From Bacilli bacterium (lineage in GTDB: Bacteria; Bacillota_I; Bacilli_A; RF39; UBA660), in NCBI GenBank assembly GCA_017435255.1, contig JAFSFI010000010.1, positions 103,219-167,218 of the forward strand: DNA of 64,000 bases. The letters are read 5' to 3'. The notes beneath the pieces are model-generated. The model searched no databases. It saw only the letters and a list, made by a program, of their open reading frames with translations, and was not told where the DNA came from. Position numbers and translations under genes: made by a program. This document shows, piece after piece, positions 37,478 through 47,246 of the stretch (positions are counted from its first letter, which is position 1; every line of letters begins with the position of its first letter).

Positions 37478-38088
37478 TAGAAGATTTAGAAAAATATTTA
37501 GATGAATTATTTCCAAGTCCTAAATGTGAGCTTAATTTTAATAAAGATTATGAGTTGTTGATTGCAGTTGTATTAAGTGCTCAAACAACAGACAAAAGAG
37601 TTAATTCTGTGACATCTGTTTTATTTGATAAATATAAAAGTTTAGAAGATTTAAGCAAAGCAGAAATAGAAGATATAGCAACCATAATTAAACCAATTGG
37701 TACTTTTAATAAAAAGGCAATGTTTGTAAAAGAAATTACTAAAATTTTAGTAGAAAAATATGATGGTAGGGTTCCGAATGATAGAAGAAGTTTAGAAAAC
37801 TTACCAGGAGTAGGTAGAAAAACAGCAAATGTTGTATTAAGTGTTTTATTTAATGTCCCGGCTATTGCGGTAGATACGCATGTATCTAGAGTTAGCAAAA
37901 GGTTAGGATTAGTAAAAAAGAATGATGATGTTGGTATTATAGAAAAAAAGTTGATGAAGAAATTGGCTAAACAAAATTGGAGTAAGAGACATCATCAGTT
38001 AGTATTGTTTGGGAGATACCATTGTAAAGCAATATCTCCAAATTGTAGTAATTGTAAAATCAAAGAACATTGTAAAGATAGTAGGTAA
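37474..38088 (+). CDS. nth: endonuclease III
   Basis: HhH-GPD motif LPGVGRKTANVVL and 4Fe-4S cluster C-x6-C-x2-C-x5-C at the C-terminus. Confidence 0.9.
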   Translation: MIEDLEKYLDELFPSPKCELNFNKDYELLIAVVLSAQTTDKRVNSVTSVLFDKYKSLEDLSKAEIEDIATIIKPIGTFNKKAMFVKEITKILVEKYDGRVPNDRRSLENLPGVGRKTANVVLSVLFNVPAIAVDTHVSRVSKRLGLVKKNDDVGIIEKKLMKKLAKQNWSKRHHQLVLFGRYHCKAISPNCSNCKIKEHCKDSR

Positions 38089-38185
38089 CACTATCTTTTT
38101 TATGTAAAAATAAGTTAAATTGGTTTTATTATCAAAGAAATTATGTAATAATATATACAGATAGTTAAAGACTTGGAGGATAATT

Positions 38186-39454
38186 ATGATGAAATTTACT
38201 GAACTTAAAGAAGAAGAATTTCAAAAATTTGCAAAAAATCACGAACAAGCAAGTTTCTTTCAAACAAATGAAGTAGCAAGATTAAGAGAAAGTTATGGCA
38301 GTAAAATATATTATTTAGGAGTTAAAGAAAACAAAAAGATTTTAGCTGCTGCGATGTTTACTGTCACTAAAACATTTGCTAATAAATATACTTTTTATGC
38401 TCCAAGAGGATATTTAATGGATTATCATGATAAAGAATTACTATCTTTTTTTACCAAAGAATTAAAAAAGTATTGTAAGGGAAAAAATGCTCTAAGAATT
38501 AAGTTAGATCCTAATGTAATATATAGAATAAGAAGCAATGATGGAAGTGTTGTTGATACTAATTATACAGATGATGAAGCAATTAACAACTTAATAAATG
38601 CGGGGTATGAGCATTACGGATTTAATACTGATATAGTTAATACACAATCACGTTGGAATTGTAGATTAGAACTTAATAAAAACTATGAGGAATTGAAAAA
38701 AGATTTTTCGAAAAGTACTAGAAAAAATATTGAATCAACATATAAAAAAGGTGTTCAAGTAAGAAAGGGTACTTTGGATGATCTAGAAAGTATGGAAGAA
38801 ATTCTTATTAAGACTGCGGAAAGAAAAAAGTTTAAGTATAGAAGTTTAGAATATTATACTAGAATGTATAATTATTTTGGTGATATGATGCAAATATATA
38901 TCGCTTATCTAGATCCGAAAGTTTATTTAGATTCTTCTATAGAACTTCTAAAAAAAGAAGAAGAAAATAATAAAATAATTTGTGAGAAAATGGAAAAGGA
39001 TAATGTCGGAAGAAAATTAATCAATCAAAAATCAACTTCTGATAAACTACTGGAAAAATATAAAAAAGAGGTAGAAGAGGCTGAAAGATTTAAAAAAGAC
39101 TATCCAAAAGGCAAGGATATAGGTGTTTTAATTTCCGTTAAATCAGGGCTAGAATATATATCTTTATATAGCGGAATTTTGGTTGAAGACAAAAGATTTA
39201 CTCCCAAATATGCTATGTATAATGAGCATATATTGGATGCATATAAGTTTAATATCCCTTATGTAAATTTTTACGGCATATCAGGAATATTTGATCCTAA
39301 AGATGAAAACTATGGAATGTACGAATTTAAAAAAGGATTTGGTGGTAATGTAATAGAATTAATTGGTGAATTTAATTATGCTTTGTCACCTTTATACTAT
39401 TTGTATGTGTTATTGCGAAAGATAAAACATTTGGTTATGAAATTTAAAAAATAG
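38186..39454 (+). CDS. FemAB-family peptidoglycan interpeptide-bridge aminoacyltransferase (paralog 1)
   Basis: ~420 aa. N-terminus FTELKEEEFQKFAKNHEQASFFQT...YFYAPRGYLMDY is FemA/FmhB-like, followed by a central coiled-coil insertion. Confidence 0.8.
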   Translation: MMKFTELKEEEFQKFAKNHEQASFFQTNEVARLRESYGSKIYYLGVKENKKILAAAMFTVTKTFANKYTFYAPRGYLMDYHDKELLSFFTKELKKYCKGKNALRIKLDPNVIYRIRSNDGSVVDTNYTDDEAINNLINAGYEHYGFNTDIVNTQSRWNCRLELNKNYEELKKDFSKSTRKNIESTYKKGVQVRKGTLDDLESMEEILIKTAERKKFKYRSLEYYTRMYNYFGDMMQIYIAYLDPKVYLDSSIELLKKEEENNKIICEKMEKDNVGRKLINQKSTSDKLLEKYKKEVEEAERFKKDYPKGKDIGVLISVKSGLEYISLYSGILVEDKRFTPKYAMYNEHILDAYKFNIPYVNFYGISGIFDPKDENYGMYEFKKGFGGNVIELIGEFNYALSPLYYLYVLLRKIKHLVMKFKK

Positions 39455-39469
39455 AAAAGAGATGATTAT

Positions 39470-40756
39470 ATGAAATTACAAATATTAACACCAAAAGAAT
39501 ATGAAAAATTTGCAAAAAATCATGTTCAAGCAACATTTTTACAGTCAATGAGTTGGTCAGAATTAAAAAAAGAAAATGGTTGGCATCATGAACTTTTAGG
39601 GTTTAAAGAAGGTAAGAAAATTATTGCTGCAACTTTATTATTATCAAAGCAGACGCCTGTAAAAAAGAAAATGTTTTATGCGCCTAGAGGATTTTTGTTA
39701 GATTATCAGAACGAGGGACTACTAAAGGAATTTACCCTAGCAATCAAACAGCATGTTAGAAAAAATAATGGAATCTTCTTTAAAATAGATCCGTATATTA
39801 TGAAAGTGCAAAGAGATATTGATGGTAAGGTAGTAGAAGAAGGGGTCAATAATTTAGATGTTGTTGAGTCATTAAAAAAATTAGGGTATAAAGAAAAATG
39901 CTCTCGACCAGGACAACAAACCTTGCAATCGAAATTTATGTACTGGATTGACTTAAAAAATAGAACTTTAGAAGATGTTATGAAGGATATGTCTTCTAAG
40001 ACTAGACAAATGATTCGTAAAAACGAAAAAAATGGAGTAATAATTCGTGAAGGTAATTATGAAGAAATGGATAAATTCAAAAATATTATGGATCATACCG
40101 GTAAAAGAAGAGAATTTATTAGTAGACCTTTAAGATATTTACAGAATATGTATAAAGCATTTGGTAATGGTAAAGAATTAAAATTATATTTTGCTGAACT
40201 TCATATTGAAGATACTTTGAATAACCTTAAAGAAGAAGTTAAAGTCTTAGAAGATGATTATAATAAAGTTATTTCTAATATTGAATCTGGAAAAGCAAAA
40301 ATGAGTGAAACAAAACTGAAATTAAAGAAAGATGAAATTGAAAGAATTAATAAAAGAATAGAGGAGTACGAAAAATTATATTCTAAACATGGAAGTATAT
40401 TAATGCTGGGTGGAATTATGTATTTTATCTATGGCAAAGAGGTTTTATCTTTTATAGGTGGTGCCTACGAAGAGTTTATGGAGTTCCAACCTTTCTATAC
40501 ACTTCACTATGAAATGATTAAATATGCTTTAGAAAACGGTTATGAACATTATAATTTTTATGGTATTTCTAGTGACTTAACTCCTAAGGATCCAATGTAT
40601 GGTATATACATATTTAAAAAAGGATTTGGGGGAGAAGTTGTTGAATTAATTGGTGAGTATGATTATATTGTAAATAAAGGGTATTATATTATTTATGATA
40701 TTAGTTTTAAAATAGTACGCTTCTTAAAAAAAATAAAAACTAAATTACATTTATAA
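39470..40756 (+). CDS. FemAB-family peptidoglycan interpeptide-bridge aminoacyltransferase (paralog 2)
   Basis: ~428 aa, same architecture as paralog 1. FYAPRGFLLDYQNE and a C-terminal GNAT-like half. Tandem with paralog 1. Confidence 0.8.
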   Translation: MKLQILTPKEYEKFAKNHVQATFLQSMSWSELKKENGWHHELLGFKEGKKIIAATLLLSKQTPVKKKMFYAPRGFLLDYQNEGLLKEFTLAIKQHVRKNNGIFFKIDPYIMKVQRDIDGKVVEEGVNNLDVVESLKKLGYKEKCSRPGQQTLQSKFMYWIDLKNRTLEDVMKDMSSKTRQMIRKNEKNGVIIREGNYEEMDKFKNIMDHTGKRREFISRPLRYLQNMYKAFGNGKELKLYFAELHIEDTLNNLKEEVKVLEDDYNKVISNIESGKAKMSETKLKLKKDEIERINKRIEEYEKLYSKHGSILMLGGIMYFIYGKEVLSFIGGAYEEFMEFQPFYTLHYEMIKYALENGYEHYNFYGISSDLTPKDPMYGIYIFKKGFGGEVVELIGEYDYIVNKGYYIIYDISFKIVRFLKKIKTKLHL

Positions 40757-40818
40757 AAGAACTTATTATTAAGTTCTTTTTTATTAGTAAAAATTATGTT
40801 AATCAAACATAAATTTAA

Positions 40819-41592
40819 TTGGGTGATAATGTGAATAATGTTGAATATAGTTTTTTAATAACACTATTAGCGGGATTATCTACAATAGTAGGTTCATTTC
40901 TTATTTTTTTAAAATTTAAAGACATTTCTAAAGTAATATGTTGTTCTCTTGCCTTTGCGGCAGGTGTTATGATAACAATCAGTATGACTGATCTTATACC
41001 ATCAGCTATTAATGGTATATTGCAAAAATATTATTTGGTTCCAGGAATATTGATTACTTTGATTTTTATTATTATAGGAATAGTAATTTCTAATTTAATT
41101 AATAAATATATACCAGATGTAAATGTGGATAAAATAGGGGATTCAGGATTATATAAGGTTGGCTTAATATCGATGATAGCTATAATATTACACAATGTAC
41201 CAGAGGGTATTGCAACATTTATGACGTCTACTAAAAATTTAGAATTAGGCTTATCATTGGCTTTAGCAATAACTCTTCATAATATACCGGAAGGCATTAG
41301 TATATCAGTACCAATTTATTATAGTACAAAAAGTAAATTTAAAGCTCTGGTATATACTTTTATATCTGGTATATCAGAATCGTTTGGTGCTGTTATAGCA
41401 TATCTTTTTTTAGCCCCTTTTATGAGTGATTTAATTATGAGTTTTTTACTTGCTATTATTGCAGGTATTATGATTTCTATTTCAACTAACGAGTTGATCC
41501 CTGCTTCTTTAAAATATAATCATAAAAAGAAATCTATTGTCTTTTATTTAATAGGTAGTATTTTTATGATAATGTGTCATTTGTGTTTATAA
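40819..41592 (+). CDS. zupT: ZIP-family zinc transporter ZupT
   Basis: Two HN(V/I)PEGI(A/S) metal-binding motifs, 8 TM. TTG start at 40819 (or GTG at 40831). Confidence 0.8.
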   Translation: MGDNVNNVEYSFLITLLAGLSTIVGSFLIFLKFKDISKVICCSLAFAAGVMITISMTDLIPSAINGILQKYYLVPGILITLIFIIIGIVISNLINKYIPDVNVDKIGDSGLYKVGLISMIAIILHNVPEGIATFMTSTKNLELGLSLALAITLHNIPEGISISVPIYYSTKSKFKALVYTFISGISESFGAVIAYLFLAPFMSDLIMSFLLAIIAGIMISISTNELIPASLKYNHKKKSIVFYLIGSIFMIMCHLCL

Positions 41593-41603
41593 AAAAGGAG
41601 TCT

Positions 41604-44441
41604 TTAATTTGACTCCTCTATTTTTATTTTTCTATTTACAGAAACTACTTCTTCATCATCATAATAAACTTTATATGTAACAGTATATTCTTCTTTATTA
41701 TTTGTAGTTATATTACTTACCGTATCACCACTTGAGTTTTTTATTGAGATTTCTACTTTAAAACTTTTTTCTTCTTTATTGTTTCTGTATAATTTAATAT
41801 CACTTTGTGATGGTTTTTGATCCCAACTATCTAAATTATCTCCGACTGTGTATTTTCCGTTTTCAGGCACTAATAATTCCGCAGTATATGCTGAACCATC
41901 ATCTAATTCAAAGGTTGCACCGCTACTATCCATACCATTGTATTTTTCAAATGTTGTTATAACTTTGTATGTAGCGAAAGGATTATCTTCATCTGATAAA
42001 GTGAAATAATTTTTTTCTGTAAATCCTAAGTATGTTCCATCTTTATAAACTTTATATCCAAAATTTCCATAAGAATCTTTTGCGTTTTGTTTAGCGGCTT
42101 TTGACCAACTAATGTTTACTGTCATTGTAGTAGGATTGTAAGTAACAGATAAATTTGTTACATTGTCTAATTTTCTATATGCTGGAGAAATTTCAGTAGG
42201 TTCCGTTCCTTTTGCAAAGTATTCTTCAACAATCATGTCACCAGGTGTATTTTCACTAGGTAACATAATAGGGTTTGATCCTTTTTCGATTGCAACTTTT
42301 ACAACACTTTTTGGAACTTTAAAATCCTGATAATTTTTTGTAAATACTATCTCTCCGGCAGCTCTAAACAACCTACCACGTTCAACTACAGCAACGGTTT
42401 GTTTTAAATTATATGTTTTATCTAATTCAGGATATCCATACCATAATCCAATTGAATATTCAGGGTCATAACCAATTACCCAAGCATCACTTACGATATC
42501 AAGTGGATAACCATTATTTCTTAAAAGAGCTTCAGGGTAGTTTGTGGTTCCTGTTTTAGCAGCAACATTAACTCCGTTTACTCGTGCTCCATTACTTAAA
42601 CCGTAAGTTACTGCACTTCTTAATGAATCAGTAATCATGAATGCGGTTGAGTCACTCATAACATTTTCATCTTTTTTGTTTGTATAAACATCTTCTTTTC
42701 CCGTATTTCTAAAGACAACTTTATGTACTGTGTATGGTTCATAGTAGTCTCCGCCATTTGCAAACGCAGCATAAGCAGCAGCCATCTCTAGTGCATTAGA
42801 ACCAGTAAATGCACCAATAGAATGTGCTTCATGAATATTTCCATATTTGTCTATTTCTGGTGTTATTCCAAGACGTGTTACCATGTCTATAATTTTATTT
42901 TTATCAACTTGTTGGAATGCTTGTAATGCAGGGACATTTCTAGAATAAGCTAATGAATCTCTTAGTGTCATCCAACCCCAATATTGTCTATCAGAGTTTC
43001 TTATTGGTTGACCTGACGAATAGTAATACTCTTTATCCTCGAATAATGTCGCTGGCGACCAGTTATTGTATTCTATTCCTGGGGCATAATCGAATAAAGG
43101 TTTTGCAGTTGAACCAATTTGTCTTTTATTACCAGAGGCGTAGTTCCAGTTGTTAGCTCCGGTAGAGCGTCCTCCTCCGATTGCCACGATCTTACCTGTA
43201 TCTACGTCCACAACTGCAATACCAGCTTGAACGACTGGGTCAGTCCAATTATAAGTAGTGCCATTGAATATATTATCAATTCCAGTTTGTTTTGCTGTAT
43301 CCATGTTTGTATATATTAACATTGGGGTATTATATATATTAACCCCATATCTATTTTCAATTTCTTTTGCTACTTGGTCGATATAAGATTGGTATTGATT
43401 GTCTTGTGACTTTTTATCTGTAAGTAGACTTGTTACTGGAATTGCCTTAGCCATATCGGCTTCTTCCTTAGTTATATAACCGTGTCTAACCATTAGGTTT
43501 AATACTGTATTTCTTCTTGATTCTGCATCTTCTGGATATTTGAACGGGTCTAGTGAACTAGGTGATTTAAACAACCCTGCTAATAAAGAAGCTTCAGCTA
43601 AGTTTAAATCTCTTGCAGATTTATCAAAATATGTTTGAGAAGCTTGTTCTACACCATAAGCACCAGCTCCCATGTAATGCACATTTACATAAAACTCAAT
43701 GATTTCTTGCTTGCTATAGGCTTTTTCTAACTCAAATACCGCCAAATAAATATCGGTGAATTTTCTAACAATACCTTTGAAACCTGAATCTAATTTTGCA
43801 TCTGTAAAACTATTTTTTATAACCTGCATTGAGATGGTTGAAGCTCCACCAGCATCAGTTTTTCCTGCCACTTGACCAAGCGATGCTTTTAGGAATCTGG
43901 CTGCATCAAATCCATTATGTTGGAAAAACTTAGAATCTTCAGTAGCAATCAAAGCGTCTATGAAAACCTGACTAATTTCGTCGTAAGTAATTTCTTCACG
44001 TTTTTCGACACCGAGCTCTGCTCTTACAACATTATCTTTATCATATAATAGTGTTGATTCTGAACGTTCAAGATTTGCAATGTTAAATTCCGGTGCTTCC
44101 TTTACTACATAATAGAAGAAAACTGTAACGCCAATACATCCTGCAATACACAATAGTAGTCCTATTATTAATAAAATATTGATAATTATTCTAGTGCTTT
44201 TTTTTCTCCTTAGCTTTTTCATTACCTTAGATAAGAATAAAATAAGTGCTATTCCTACAACCATTATTATTGTAAATAATAATCCAATTAATTTTAATAA
44301 AAGAAGTAATAATGCAATTCCTATTAAAAGCAATATAATTAGCTCTTTATTAAATTTAAATCCAGTTTTATTTCGGCTTTTTTTGTAAGTGGTTCCTGTT
44401 TTTCTTTTTTTTGCCCCTCGATTATTTCTTTTTGATTTCAT
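41604..44441 (-). CDS. ponA: class A penicillin-binding protein PBP1A (transglycosylase/transpeptidase) with ~250-aa C-terminal extension
   Basis: GT51 motif EDSKFFQHNGFD and transpeptidase SxxK (STAK). N-terminal basic cytoplasmic tail plus TM. Overlaps recU by 20 nt. Confidence 0.9.
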   Translation of the reverse strand: MKSKRNNRGAKKRKTGTTYKKSRNKTGFKFNKELIILLLIGIALLLLLLKLIGLLFTIIMVVGIALILFLSKVMKKLRRKKSTRIIINILLIIGLLLCIAGCIGVTVFFYYVVKEAPEFNIANLERSESTLLYDKDNVVRAELGVEKREEITYDEISQVFIDALIATEDSKFFQHNGFDAARFLKASLGQVAGKTDAGGASTISMQVIKNSFTDAKLDSGFKGIVRKFTDIYLAVFELEKAYSKQEIIEFYVNVHYMGAGAYGVEQASQTYFDKSARDLNLAEASLLAGLFKSPSSLDPFKYPEDAESRRNTVLNLMVRHGYITKEEADMAKAIPVTSLLTDKKSQDNQYQSYIDQVAKEIENRYGVNIYNTPMLIYTNMDTAKQTGIDNIFNGTTYNWTDPVVQAGIAVVDVDTGKIVAIGGGRSTGANNWNYASGNKRQIGSTAKPLFDYAPGIEYNNWSPATLFEDKEYYYSSGQPIRNSDRQYWGWMTLRDSLAYSRNVPALQAFQQVDKNKIIDMVTRLGITPEIDKYGNIHEAHSIGAFTGSNALEMAAAYAAFANGGDYYEPYTVHKVVFRNTGKEDVYTNKKDENVMSDSTAFMITDSLRSAVTYGLSNGARVNGVNVAAKTGTTNYPEALLRNNGYPLDIVSDAWVIGYDPEYSIGLWYGYPELDKTYNLKQTVAVVERGRLFRAAGEIVFTKNYQDFKVPKSVVKVAIEKGSNPIMLPSENTPGDMIVEEYFAKGTEPTEISPAYRKLDNVTNLSVTYNPTTMTVNISWSKAAKQNAKDSYGNFGYKVYKDGTYLGFTEKNYFTLSDEDNPFATYKVITTFEKYNGMDSSGATFELDDGSAYTAELLVPENGKYTVGDNLDSWDQKPSQSDIKLYRNNKEEKSFKVEISIKNSSGDTVSNITTNNKEEYTVTYKVYYDDEEVVSVNRKIKIEESN

Positions 44442-45006
44442 TTTTCATACCTCCATATATTAAGTCAATAATTTTTAAATAATCAACCCTAGGAATATAT
44501 TTTTCCTCAATTAAATATGCTTTTTTTTCAAAATAATTTAATGGAATAGATTTTCTATCATTATTTTTTATGAAGTTAACTAAATCTATAGCTAATAAAA
44601 GGAATGTTTTGTTTAATTTGTTAAATCTAATAATTATAAATCCAATTCCATCGTGATTAATAATATTTTCCAGATGTTTAATTTGGTGGTTGTGAATATT
44701 ACTTAGGGGAAACGCTGTTCTACTTTCTGTTTCCTTAGCTTCAAAATCTATATATTTACCTTTATACAACCCGTTGTAATCAGTAGTTGAAGGTTCTTTG
44801 AAATAAGCTTCTTTAATTAGCGCGTTATTCCTAGAATAATCAACTTTAGTTACTTGTATAGGAGTAGGTTTTTTATAGATAAAAGCAATATTATTATCAA
44901 TATAATATTGGTTTGTTATATTTATGTCTGCTTCTAGATTCATACCTCTATTGTTATAGGTAATATTCTTTGTTGTATTTAATTTTATTCCGCTAGGGTA
45001 TTTCAT
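44422..45006 (-). CDS. recU: Holliday junction resolvase RecU
   Basis: MKYPSGIKL...NRGMNLEADINITNQYY...IYKKPTPIQV matches the RecU N-terminus. Operon with ponA. Confidence 0.85.
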   Translation of the reverse strand: MKYPSGIKLNTTKNITYNNRGMNLEADINITNQYYIDNNIAFIYKKPTPIQVTKVDYSRNNALIKEAYFKEPSTTDYNGLYKGKYIDFEAKETESRTAFPLSNIHNHQIKHLENIINHDGIGFIIIRFNKLNKTFLLLAIDLVNFIKNNDRKSIPLNYFEKKAYLIEEKYIPRVDYLKIIDLIYGGMKNEIKKK

Positions 45007-45150
45007 AAAACCACCTATATTAAATTATACTATATATTGATATTTTTTTCTATCTTTTTTCTGTTTATCTGTTTTGACTAATTTTAGCTAGTTTTGTCGA
45101 ATTTATGACAAACTTTATCTAATATTGTATTATTTAGACTAGGAGGAGTT

Positions 45151-45261
45151 ATGATAACTGAAAACGTAATTGATGTGATGAATAGAATTAATGAAAATAT
45201 AGCTGTTTCCAAACTAATTTATAGAAGTAAAATGAAAAAACGATATATAAGGAACAAATAG
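45151..45261 (+). CDS. possible small protein (36 aa, basic C-terminus)
   Basis: Perfect SD aggagg 6 nt upstream of ATG 45151, in the 318-nt recU-gpsB intergenic region. Peptide MITENVIDVMNRINENIAVSKLIYRSKMKKRYIRNK. Confidence 0.35.
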   Translation: MITENVIDVMNRINENIAVSKLIYRSKMKKRYIRNK

Positions 45262-45267
45262 TATTTA

Positions 45268-45296
45268 TTGACAAACAAAGTATATTTTGTGATAAT
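45268..45296 (+). promoter_or_regulatory. sigmaA promoter TTGACA-N17-(TGt)GATAAT upstream of gpsB
   Basis: Consensus -35, 17-nt spacer, TG-extended -10. Confidence 0.55.
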
Positions 45297-45323
45297 ATAA
45301 ACATAAGGGATTGGTGATGAAAT

Positions 45324-45653
45324 ATGTATCAAAATAAAGTAACTTTAACTCCACAAGATATATTAGAAAAAGAATTTAAAATAGATACTAGAGGGTATCG
45401 TTTGAAAGAAGTAGATCAGTTTTTAGATATTATCATTGGAGATTATGAACAATTTTTATTGTTATTAAAAGATAGTGAAAGAGAAAAAGAAGAGTTACTA
45501 GAAGAAATTATGAGTTTAAAGCAGGAAATTCGTAATTTAAAGATGAGTATTGAAATTGCCAAAAGTGGTGATAGTAAAGAAGTTACTAATGTTGATGTAA
45601 TGCGTAGATTATCGCAACTTGAAAAAATTGTATATGGAAAAGATGAAGAATAA
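45324..45653 (+). CDS. gpsB: cell-cycle protein GpsB (DivIVA-domain)
   Basis: LTPQDILEKEFKIDTRGYRLKEVDQFLDIIIGDYEQF is the GpsB/DivIVA N-domain. C-terminal MRRLSQLEKIVYG. Confidence 0.9.
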   Translation: MYQNKVTLTPQDILEKEFKIDTRGYRLKEVDQFLDIIIGDYEQFLLLLKDSEREKEELLEEIMSLKQEIRNLKMSIEIAKSGDSKEVTNVDVMRRLSQLEKIVYGKDEE

Positions 45654-46000
45654 TACTTTGACAAACGCTGCATAAAACTATGTAGAGGAAAGTCCATGCT
45701 TGCAATAGCTGAGATGCTATTAGTGATCGCGCTAAGGGAAAAAATAACCTTAGGTAGAATTATCTAACGGAGACGAGGTAGTCTAAGTCTAACGATATGA
45801 TTATAGTAGTTATAAAGGGCCATAGTGACGAGAAATCTAGAAATAGAGGAAGTGGAACGCGGTAACCCCCACGAGCAAGAAACCCAAAATTGGTAGGGGA
45901 GCTTTAACGAAGGAATTAAACGGAGTTAAGGACCAGTAATGGTAGATAAATGTTTGTCGCCTAGTAATAGGAACAGAACATGGCTTATGAAGTATTATTT
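45649..46000 (+). ncRNA. rnpB: RNase P RNA, bacterial type B
   Basis: Conserved GUAGAGGAAAGUCCAUGCU at 45682-45700, and AGUGGAACGCGGUAACCCCCACGAGCAAGAAACCCAAAAUUGGUAGGGGA (P15-P18 region). P1 pairing of 5' aauaauacuu with 3' aaguauuauu at 45990-45999, followed by a U-run. Confidence 0.9.
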
Positions 46001-46024
46001 TTTTTCTATTAAAGAGGTGTTAAT

Positions 46025-46516
46025 TTGAAAGATTTAGGAGAATATCTAAAAGAGCATAGAGAATCAACCGGTGTTGGATTAGAAGAAGCTTCAGAAGATA
46101 TAGATGTTTCTAAAGATGATTTAGAAAATATTGAAGAGGGAAACATAAGAGCTTTTAAAGATGTGCTAAGTTTAAAAAACAAAATAAAAGTTTATGCTAA
46201 ATATTTAGGGTTAGATCCTGAAAAAGTTGCAGATGAATTTAATGATTTTATGTTTGAACATACTTCAAAAATATCACTTGCTGATATACTAGAAGCAGAA
46301 AAGAAAACAAACGAAGAAATGAAGAAGCAAGTTCGTTCACCGTATACAATTATCAAGAAAAAGAAGACGAATCCAAAAGGAATAGCAATTTTTGCCGGAG
46401 CAGTAGTTATTGTTATTATATTAATATTAGTTTTAATGAAATTATTGGAACCAAAAGATCCTATAATAAACCAAGAATTAAGAAGTGGAGGAGTAAATTA
46501 TGAATTTACCTACTAA
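46025..46516 (+). CDS. RodZ/YmfM-like HTH membrane protein
   Basis: N-terminal XRE-type HTH (LGEYLKEHRESTGVGLEEASEDIDVS), one TM, located upstream of pgsA as B. subtilis ymfM. TTG start with RBS agaggtg. Confidence 0.6.
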   Translation: MKDLGEYLKEHRESTGVGLEEASEDIDVSKDDLENIEEGNIRAFKDVLSLKNKIKVYAKYLGLDPEKVADEFNDFMFEHTSKISLADILEAEKKTNEEMKKQVRSPYTIIKKKKTNPKGIAIFAGAVVIVIILILVLMKLLEPKDPIINQELRSGGVNYEFTY

Positions 46517-47105
46517 GTTAACAATTTCAAGAATTGTAATGAGTATTATTGTTATAATAATAATGTTATTTCCTTTTTATGCAATTAATATTAATTTTCC
46601 GCAATTTTATATTTCTGATATTTTAGTTGATTCTAGATATTTAATTGCTGGGGGATTATTTATAATTGCTAGTGCAACAGATTGGTTGGATGGTTATATT
46701 GCAAGAAAATATGGTCTTATCACTAATACTGGTAAAATGTTAGATGCTATTGCTGATAAAATTTTAGTTAATTCAGTATTGATTATTTTGGCTTCTACAG
46801 GATTTATAAATGCAATTATTCCAGTGGTTATCGTATTAAGAGATATCATTGTTAACGCAATTAAAATGGAAGCAGCATCTCGTGGTAAGGTTGTGGCTGC
46901 TATTGGTTCAGGAAAACTAAAAACAGCTGCGTTAATGGTTGGTATTTCGCTAACGTTCTTCTATAATTTACCATTTGAGTTAATTAATATTAGAGTAAGT
47001 GATTTCTTGTTATATTTTGCAACAATTATGTCTATAATATCAATGATTGAATATTTTAATATGAATAAAAAACTTATTTTTGATAAAAAGGATAGTAAAA
47101 ATTAA
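46500..47105 (+). CDS. pgsA: CDP-diacylglycerol--glycerol-3-phosphate 3-phosphatidyltransferase
   Basis: Motif DWLDGYIARKYGLITNTGKMLDAIADK. ~200 aa. Position upstream of recA as in Bacilli. Confidence 0.85.
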   Translation: MNLPTKLTISRIVMSIIVIIIMLFPFYAININFPQFYISDILVDSRYLIAGGLFIIASATDWLDGYIARKYGLITNTGKMLDAIADKILVNSVLIILASTGFINAIIPVVIVLRDIIVNAIKMEAASRGKVVAAIGSGKLKTAALMVGISLTFFYNLPFELINIRVSDFLLYFATIMSIISMIEYFNMNKKLIFDKKDSKN

Positions 47106-47132
47106 GATTTTCTTAAATGAAAATCTTTTTTT
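47104..47132 (+). terminator. rho-independent terminator
   Basis: aagattttc-ttaaat-gaaaatctt followed by tttttt. Confidence 0.7.
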
Positions 47133-47162
47133 GTGCTTAAATTTCAAGGGAAAACCAATAAT

Positions 47163-47176
47163 CGAACATTTGTTTA
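47163..47176 (+). promoter_or_regulatory. putative LexA (Cheo/SOS) box CGAACATTTGTTTA
   Basis: GAAC-N4-GTTT, one mismatch to GAAC-N4-GTTC. 8 nt upstream of the recA -35. Confidence 0.5.
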
Positions 47177-47184
47177 AAAAACTA

Positions 47185-47213
47185 TTGCAATTAAAAAAAA
47201 TATATTGTATAAT
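47185..47213 (+). promoter_or_regulatory. sigmaA promoter TTGCAA-N17-TGTATAAT for recA
   Basis: Near-consensus -35 and extended -10. Confidence 0.55.
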
Positions 47214-47246
47214 TGATTTGTAGTTAAGATTATGGAGGTAATATAA

